Assembly (NCBI GenBank): GCA_963708075.1
Contig: OY970194.1
Coordinates: 3,264,001 to 3,328,000, forward strand
DNA length: 64,000 nucleotides
Reading direction: 5' to 3'
DNA from: Sedimentisphaerales bacterium
GTDB lineage: Bacteria; Planctomycetota; Phycisphaerae; Sedimentisphaerales; Anaerobacaceae
The notes beneath the pieces were generated by a model. It did no database searches. It was not told the origin of the DNA and saw only the letters and a program-made list of their open reading frames with translations. Shown here one piece after another: positions 58,484 through 64,000 of the stretch (position 1 is its first letter; each line of letters opens with the position of its first letter). Position numbers and translations under genes: made by a program.

Positions 58484-61400
58484 ATGGCGTTATCATGCAC
58501 GCGTGACAGACTTAGAGGGCACCGGCAATATGATCTGTGCGACCGTTTCTATGTGTCGATGTTTCTCCTGCTGGGGTGGATTACCCCGGTGTTTGCAGGA
58601 GATTCGTACGATCTGGTGTTTTCCACTTATTTCGGTGGCGGCGACTGGGAACACGCCCGGGACGCATACGGTGATGCCAACGGCAACGTCTACGTCTGCG
58701 GAGGAGCCGCATCACGAGACTTTCCCACGACGGCGGGAGCCTGCGACCGGACATTCAACTTCGGGGACACCTCCGGAGAGGAGTGCGACGCGTTCATATG
58801 CAAATTCGGACCAGACAGCCGATTGATCTGGTCCACCTTCCTGGGCGGACCGGGCTACGACCGGGCCTACGGAATTGAAGTGGACGCCCAGGGCTATGTG
58901 TACGTGGCCGGGCGTGCAGGGAGGGACTTCCCCACTACGCCGGACGCTTTCCAGCCAACGTTCCAGGGTTACAACGGCGGAGGTTACGGCGGATACCAGA
59001 ATGCATTCGTGGCCAAGCTTTCCCCGGACGGCTCGACGCTCCTCTGGGCCAGCTATGTCGGCGTGGCGCAACTCTGCCGAGACATCGCCATCGACGCACG
59101 TGGCGACATCTATCTGCCTCTTGGCAATCCGGATAAGGGAGCCTTGCCGCCCGGCGAGTGGTTTGCCAACGCATTTCAGAAGACACCTCAGGGCGGCATG
59201 GACTGCGGCGCGATCAAGGTCGCCGGCGATGGCTCCAGGGTCCTCTGGGCTACGTGGCTGGGCGGTTCCGGCCTTGATGAGGGCGCCGCCTCCATTCGCG
59301 TTGGGCCCGACGGCAAGGTCTTCATCGGCGGTTCGACGTTCTCCGAGGACTTCCCGACGACCGAAGGCGCCCACGACCGGACGTACAACGGGGAGGCGGA
59401 CTTCTTCGTCGCCTGCCTGACGCCGAACGGCTCTTCGCTGGTCTATGGGACCTATCTCGGCGGCGACGGCAACGAGTGGATCAGCACGCACAACCTCGCT
59501 GTCGACGCACAGGGCAACGCGTATGTCGCTGTCCCGACCAGCTCAACGAATTACCCTGTGACGCGCGGGGCTTTTCAAAAAGGTCTTCGCGGCGGGAACA
59601 CGGATTGGGCGATCAGCAAGCTCTCCCCCACGGGCGGCCTGCTGGCGAGCACTCTCGTCGGTGGCAATGGCGATGAGAACGCCGACGGCGTCTACGTCGA
59701 TGCGGCGGGCAACGTCTTTGTCACGGGGGAGACTAAGTCCACGGATTTCCCCGTGACAGCCGGAGCATACCAGAAGCAGACTGGCGGCGGTTCGGATGCG
59801 GCGATCATTCTGCTTTCCGCCGATTTCAGCAGGCTACTCTATGCGACGTACCTCGGCGGCCCCGCGAATGACAACGGCCGCTCAGGCTTCCTGGGCGGCG
59901 ACGGAAGCATGTACGTGGTGGGAGCATCCGATGGCGCAGGCTGGCCCGCGAAGAACGCCTTCCAGGCTGCATTCGGCGGCGGTGGCGGCGGCTACGGTAA
60001 CGGAGACTGCATCCTGGCCAGGCTCGCGCCGCCGAGCACGATCGCGGTCGATCCGCGCACGACCTATCAGACGATCAAGGGCTGGGAGGCCGTCGCATTT
60101 GCACTGGACCCCGGCAACGCCGCGTACCCGAATTTCAAGGACACGCTGTTCAATCTGGTCGTCAACGACGTAGGGATCAACCGGGTCCGCCTGGAGATTC
60201 GCAGTGGCGTCGAAAACAGCAACGACAACTGGTCTGGCTACCAGGCCGGCACGATCGACTACCAGACGTGGCGCAGCCGCCGGTACGCGACGATCAACGA
60301 CGACGCGGACCCGCAGACGATCAACCCGGCCGGGTTCCACTTCTCCGAGATGGACAATGCCATCGACCGCGTCGTGAACCCGCTGCGCCAAGCGATGGAG
60401 GCCAATGGCGATAGACTCTGCGTCAACGTGAACTATGTGGCTTTCACCGCCCAGATCACACAAGGTGTCTACATCCATAACGACCCGGCTGAGTATGCGG
60501 AGTTCGTCCTGGCGACGTACCTTCACCTGCAGGAGAAGTACGGTTGGGTGCCGGACCTGTGGGAGGTCATTCTCGAGCCGGACAACGTGTCCCAGTGGAA
60601 CGGGAAACTGATCGGCCAGGCCATCGTGGCCGCCGCCGAGAGGCTGCGGGCGGCGGGATTCGAGCCGGCATTCGTCGCCCCCTCGAACACGAATATGACG
60701 AATGCGGTCCAGTATTTTGACCAGATGATCGCGGTGCCCGGCGTGCTGCCGGTCCTTCGCGAGCTCGCCTACCATCGTTACGGCGGGGTCTCGCTGGAGA
60801 GCCTGCACGCCATCGCCGCGAGGGGCAAGCAGTACGGCATCGGCACCTCCATGCTCGAATGGTGGAGCACCGGCAACGGGTATGCCACGCTACACGACGA
60901 TCTCAAGATCGGCAACAATTCGGCCTGGCAACAGGGAGTACTCGCCGGAGCGATGAATTCGGATATGTCGATTTACCAGATCGATGATTCGAACGCCGCG
61001 CAACCCAGGGTCCTGTTGACCGACAAGACGAAGTTCCTGCGCCAGTACTACAAATTCGTCCGCCCCGGCGCGGTCCGCATCGAGGCGGCGTCCCAGCAGG
61101 CGACCTTCGATCCGCTCGCCTTCATCAACGCCGACGGCAGTTACGTCGTCGTGGTCAAGTGCAGCGCGGGCGGCGAGTTCTCCATTGGCGGCCTGGCCGC
61201 AGGGACGTACGGGATCAAGTACACCACCACCGCTGAATTCGATGTGGATTTGCCGGACCAAGTCATCCAGTCCGGGCAGGCCGTAGTCGCACAGATTCCG
61301 CAAGCCGGAGTCCTGACCGTGTACGGCACCCCCGCGTCGCTGGACGACCAGGCCCCATCGGCGCCGACAGAACTCATTGCCAGCGGAGTATCTGCCTCTC

Positions 61401-62281
61401 AGGTCACCCTAACGTGGACCGCATCGGCGGATAATACTGCGGTCGCGGGGTACAAGGTGTACCGCGACGACGCTCGGATCGGCTTTTCGTCCACGTCCTC
61501 CTTCGTGGATGCCCAGGTGGAGGCCGGCAAGAGTTACGTCTACGAGGTCTCCGCTTATGATACCGCCGGGAACGAATCGCTCCGGTCGACGGCGCTGGTG
61601 GTGGCCGTATCCACGCCAAACACCGAGAGCGACCTGCTGGGATACTGGAAATTCGATGAGAGCGCCGGCAACGTGGCGATAGACGCCTCGGACTACGCCC
61701 ACTACGGGACCCTCTTCAAGGCCGTGCGGGTTCCGGGCAAGAGCGGAAGGGCCCTGGATTTCGGCGGGTTCGGCAACTACGTGCAGATTCAGTCAGACCC
61801 GATCCTTGACAACCTGGAGGCGGTGACGATGACTGCGTGGATTTACCCGCGCGTGGACGCCCACTGGCACGTGCTCGACAAGGGCGACGGCGACAAGCGG
61901 CTCTTTGCGGAGGGAACGCGCCTGAGCATCGATGGCAGGGTTCGCTACAGCGGCACGCACGCCTACTCCGCCAGTGCGTCCGGTACAGTCATGCTCAACA
62001 CGTGGCAGCACGTGGCGCTGGTCTGGAGCCGCACGACGAACAGGACCCGCTTGTACCACAACGGCCTTGAGGTCCGTTATGACATCCAGGAAACCGGCTC
62101 CGGCGCTCCGCAGGAAGACGGGGACTTTCCCTTTACAATCGGGGCCCGGGGCGCGCTCGGCGACGTGACCTTCTTCGATGGCCTGATGGATGAGGTCCGC
62201 CTCTACAATCGATCCCTGAGCGTCCAGGAGATCGCGGACATCTGCGGCGTGGTGGTGGTCCCGCCGCGTCCGAAGCGGTAG
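58484..62281 (+). CDS. Secreted modular protein: SBBP beta-propeller repeats + clan GH-A-like barrel + FN3 + LamG-like domain
   Basis: Repeated ST(Y/F)LGG..D and DFPTT.GA; YQTIKGW, LEPD, MLEWW; DDQAPSAPT..VAGYKVYRD; GYWKFDE...FDGLMDEVRLYNRSLS. Confidence 0.8.
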   Translation: MALSCTRDRLRGHRQYDLCDRFYVSMFLLLGWITPVFAGDSYDLVFSTYFGGGDWEHARDAYGDANGNVYVCGGAASRDFPTTAGACDRTFNFGDTSGEECDAFICKFGPDSRLIWSTFLGGPGYDRAYGIEVDAQGYVYVAGRAGRDFPTTPDAFQPTFQGYNGGGYGGYQNAFVAKLSPDGSTLLWASYVGVAQLCRDIAIDARGDIYLPLGNPDKGALPPGEWFANAFQKTPQGGMDCGAIKVAGDGSRVLWATWLGGSGLDEGAASIRVGPDGKVFIGGSTFSEDFPTTEGAHDRTYNGEADFFVACLTPNGSSLVYGTYLGGDGNEWISTHNLAVDAQGNAYVAVPTSSTNYPVTRGAFQKGLRGGNTDWAISKLSPTGGLLASTLVGGNGDENADGVYVDAAGNVFVTGETKSTDFPVTAGAYQKQTGGGSDAAIILLSADFSRLLYATYLGGPANDNGRSGFLGGDGSMYVVGASDGAGWPAKNAFQAAFGGGGGGYGNGDCILARLAPPSTIAVDPRTTYQTIKGWEAVAFALDPGNAAYPNFKDTLFNLVVNDVGINRVRLEIRSGVENSNDNWSGYQAGTIDYQTWRSRRYATINDDADPQTINPAGFHFSEMDNAIDRVVNPLRQAMEANGDRLCVNVNYVAFTAQITQGVYIHNDPAEYAEFVLATYLHLQEKYGWVPDLWEVILEPDNVSQWNGKLIGQAIVAAAERLRAAGFEPAFVAPSNTNMTNAVQYFDQMIAVPGVLPVLRELAYHRYGGVSLESLHAIAARGKQYGIGTSMLEWWSTGNGYATLHDDLKIGNNSAWQQGVLAGAMNSDMSIYQIDDSNAAQPRVLLTDKTKFLRQYYKFVRPGAVRIEAASQQATFDPLAFINADGSYVVVVKCSAGGEFSIGGLAAGTYGIKYTTTAEFDVDLPDQVIQSGQAVVAQIPQAGVLTVYGTPASLDDQAPSAPTELIASGVSASQVTLTWTASADNTAVAGYKVYRDDARIGFSSTSSFVDAQVEAGKSYVYEVSAYDTAGNESLRSTALVVAVSTPNTESDLLGYWKFDESAGNVAIDASDYAHYGTLFKAVRVPGKSGRALDFGGFGNYVQIQSDPILDNLEAVTMTAWIYPRVDAHWHVLDKGDGDKRLFAEGTRLSIDGRVRYSGTHAYSASASGTVMLNTWQHVALVWSRTTNRTRLYHNGLEVRYDIQETGSGAPQEDGDFPFTIGARGALGDVTFFDGLMDEVRLYNRSLSVQEIADICGVVVVPPRPKR

Positions 62282-62286
62282 CCGCA

Positions 62287-63020
62287 CTATGGGGTCCAGT
62301 CGCGGCCTTTGATGCCGTGGATGGTGAGATTGGCGTCGGGCAGGCCGTCGCGTGCGGGACGGATTTCCTCCGCGTGGAGGAAGGCCACATGGCCGTCGGC
62401 GAACAGGAAGTTGCGCGCCCCTGCCAGTTCCACCAGCCCTGCTCCTGGTCGATGGACAGATGGTTGCTCGACCACTCGCCTATGAGGATTTTCTCGGCCG
62501 GGTACGCGACGTTGTCACGCCGCTGCGGGAAGGACGGCTTGATCCTGTTCTTGTCATACGTATCGGCCTTGTCGCTCATGGCGTCGATCTGATCGGGACT
62601 GTGGTAGAACGCCATGGAGTAGGCGTAGCTGGTGGACTCGTACATCGTCGGATTGGCACGGTCCTCGGGACACAGCAGGACGGAGGGGTTATTCACGTCA
62701 ATCACCCCGCCCAGATAGGGTTTCACGAAGGCCCGCCAGCCCCGGCCCATCCACACCCAATAGAAGGGACTACTCGAAACAGGATCTTCGGCGCAGGGCC
62801 AGATGTTGTCGTTGCCGTCGAGGTACATGCTCATCCCGAGCCCGATCTGCTTGAGATTGTGCATACAGCCGGTCCGGTATGCCCGGACTCTCACCAGGCG
62901 AAGAGACGGGATCAGGATCGATAGCAGAACGGAGATGATCGCCAGGACCACGAGCAGCTCAATCAAAGTGAACGCTCGCCATGACGGCGGATTCAGATCT
63001 CTGCTGGACTGTACAGACAT
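62287..63020 (-). CDS. Prepilin-type N-methylation / H-X9-DG protein, -1 frameshift in a G run at ~62420 as sequenced
   Basis: RAFTLIELLVVLAIISVLLSILIPSL; C-terminal RNFLFADGHV lies in another frame (ORF 62287-62475) and is restored by adding one G to GGGG. Confidence 0.85.
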
Positions 63021-63083
63021 TCATCACTCCCTTGACCAAGACATAGTGGATGACGGGCATGTCTCCATCGAGGCGTAAACCAT

Positions 63084-63112
63084 CGGCAAGCTGGCGCTTG
63101 CCGCTGCCACCC
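63084..63112. repeat. REP-like hairpin (GGGTGGCAGCGGCAAG family)
   Basis: CGGCAAGC-TGGC-GCTTGCCG-CTGCCACCC; shares TTGCCGCTGCCACCC exactly with 38777-38791. Confidence 0.7.
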
Positions 63113-63195
63113 GTCACGATCACTCATCAAATATCGGGCGTCATCGTACCCATCGACGGGCGGGAGTTCAAGGCCGGAATTGCCGGCGCGAGAGC

Positions 63196-64000
63196 TTATT
63201 CGACCGTGACGCTCTTGGCGAGGTTGCGGGGCTTATCGACGTCGTGGCCGCGGAGCACGGCGGCGTGATAGGCCAGCAATTGCAGCGGAATCACCGTGAG
63301 CATCGGCTGGAGCAATTCCGGGGCGTCGGGAATCGTGATCAGATGATCCGCCCGTTCGCGGATGACCTCATCGCCCTCGGTGGCCACGACGATGACCCTG
63401 CCGCCGCGGGCCCGGACCTCCTCGATGTTGCCCATGATTTTGTCGTACTGCGGTCCGGCGGTTGCGATGAAAACAGCCGGCATACCGTCGGCGATCAGGG
63501 CGATTGGGCCATGCTTCATCTCCGCGGCAGGCAGACCCTCCGCGTGGATGTAACTGATCTCCTTGAGCTTCAGGGCCCCTTCCAGGGCGACCGGGTAATT
63601 GAATCCCCTGCCGAGGAACAGCCAATTCTCCTTTTCGATGTTGGCCGCGGCGATCTCGCGAATGTGGTCGGACTGATCGAGGATTTGGCTGATCTTCTCG
63701 GGTATCTGCGAGAGCTCGTCAATATATCGGGCCGCCTCGTCGCTGCTGATATGCCTTCTCCTGCCCAGCTCGATGGCCAGCATGCTCAGCACGGCCACCT
63801 GGCCGGTGAAGGCCTTGGTGCTCGCGACACCGATCTCGGGCCCTACGTGCAGGTAAATGCCCGCATCGGTCGCCCGAGCGATGGAGGAGCCGACAACGTT
63901 GACGACGCCCAGGACGGTCGCCCCGCGCTCCTTGGCCTGCTCGACGGCGGCCAGCGTGTCGGCGGTCTCGCCGGACTGGCTGATGGCGACCACGATCGTG
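63196..64000 (-). CDS. glmS: Glutamine-fructose-6-phosphate transaminase GlmS, C-terminal part (truncated by window edge)
   Basis: ISQSGETADT; EIGVASTKAF; ALKLKEISYIHAEG; DVDKPRNLAKSVTVE. Confidence 0.97.
   Translation of the reverse strand, partial: TIVVAISQSGETADTLAAVEQAKERGATVLGVVNVVGSSIARATDAGIYLHVGPEIGVASTKAFTGQVAVLSMLAIELGRRRHISSDEAARYIDELSQIPEKISQILDQSDHIREIAAANIEKENWLFLGRGFNYPVALEGALKLKEISYIHAEGLPAAEMKHGPIALIADGMPAVFIATAGPQYDKIMGNIEEVRARGGRVIVVATEGDEVIRERADHLITIPDAPELLQPMLTVIPLQLLAYHAAVLRGHDVDKPRNLAKSVTVE

Noticed and set aside
63196..64000. glmS as part of the glycosylation island
   Set aside because: About 48 kb away, separated by unrelated genes; housekeeping enzyme

Overview
GC-rich bacterial window. 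A planctomycete origin (Phycisphaerae-like) is inferred from prepilin/H-X9-DG proteins, a CotH/lamin-tail protein and a PQQ-type propeller. Bases ~450-42150 form a flagellar super-cluster. The minus-strand arm runs flgD-flgE-(PilZ-like)-flgF-flgG-flgA-flgH-flgI-flgJ-flgN-flgK-flgL, then a ~13 kb glycosylation/modification island, then fliD. The plus-strand arm runs sigma54 activator, large TM-TPR protein, TPR protein, second sigma54 activator, fliL-fliM-fliN-flhA-(small membrane protein)-fliA, small proteins, two lipoproteins and flgM. The most striking element is the island, which has its own sigma54 promoter. It encodes a ~2300-aa fusion (B12 radical SAM + GT2 + GT4 + GT2 + degenerate GT2 + TPR + GT2), a pseudo-GT/acyltransferase/methyltransferase fusion and several apparently catalytically dead GT domains tied to TPRs. 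Also notable: candidate periplasmic motor-scaffold proteins; absence from the window of motAB, fliOPQR-flhB, flhFG, fliC and fliS; atypical receiver and CheY-docking motifs; an insert domain shared by FlgE and FliD; several repeat families, some inserted in frame in genes; and four small frameshifts (flgK, flgN, flgG, a prepilin-like gene) that look like sequencing errors. The remainder (42-64 kb) is accessory: PQQ propeller, AraC/GyrI pair, Bcr/CflA MFS, GH53, CotH, Gfo/Idh/MocA, large secreted modular proteins and a partial glmS. All family calls come from reading motifs by eye; no searches were run.
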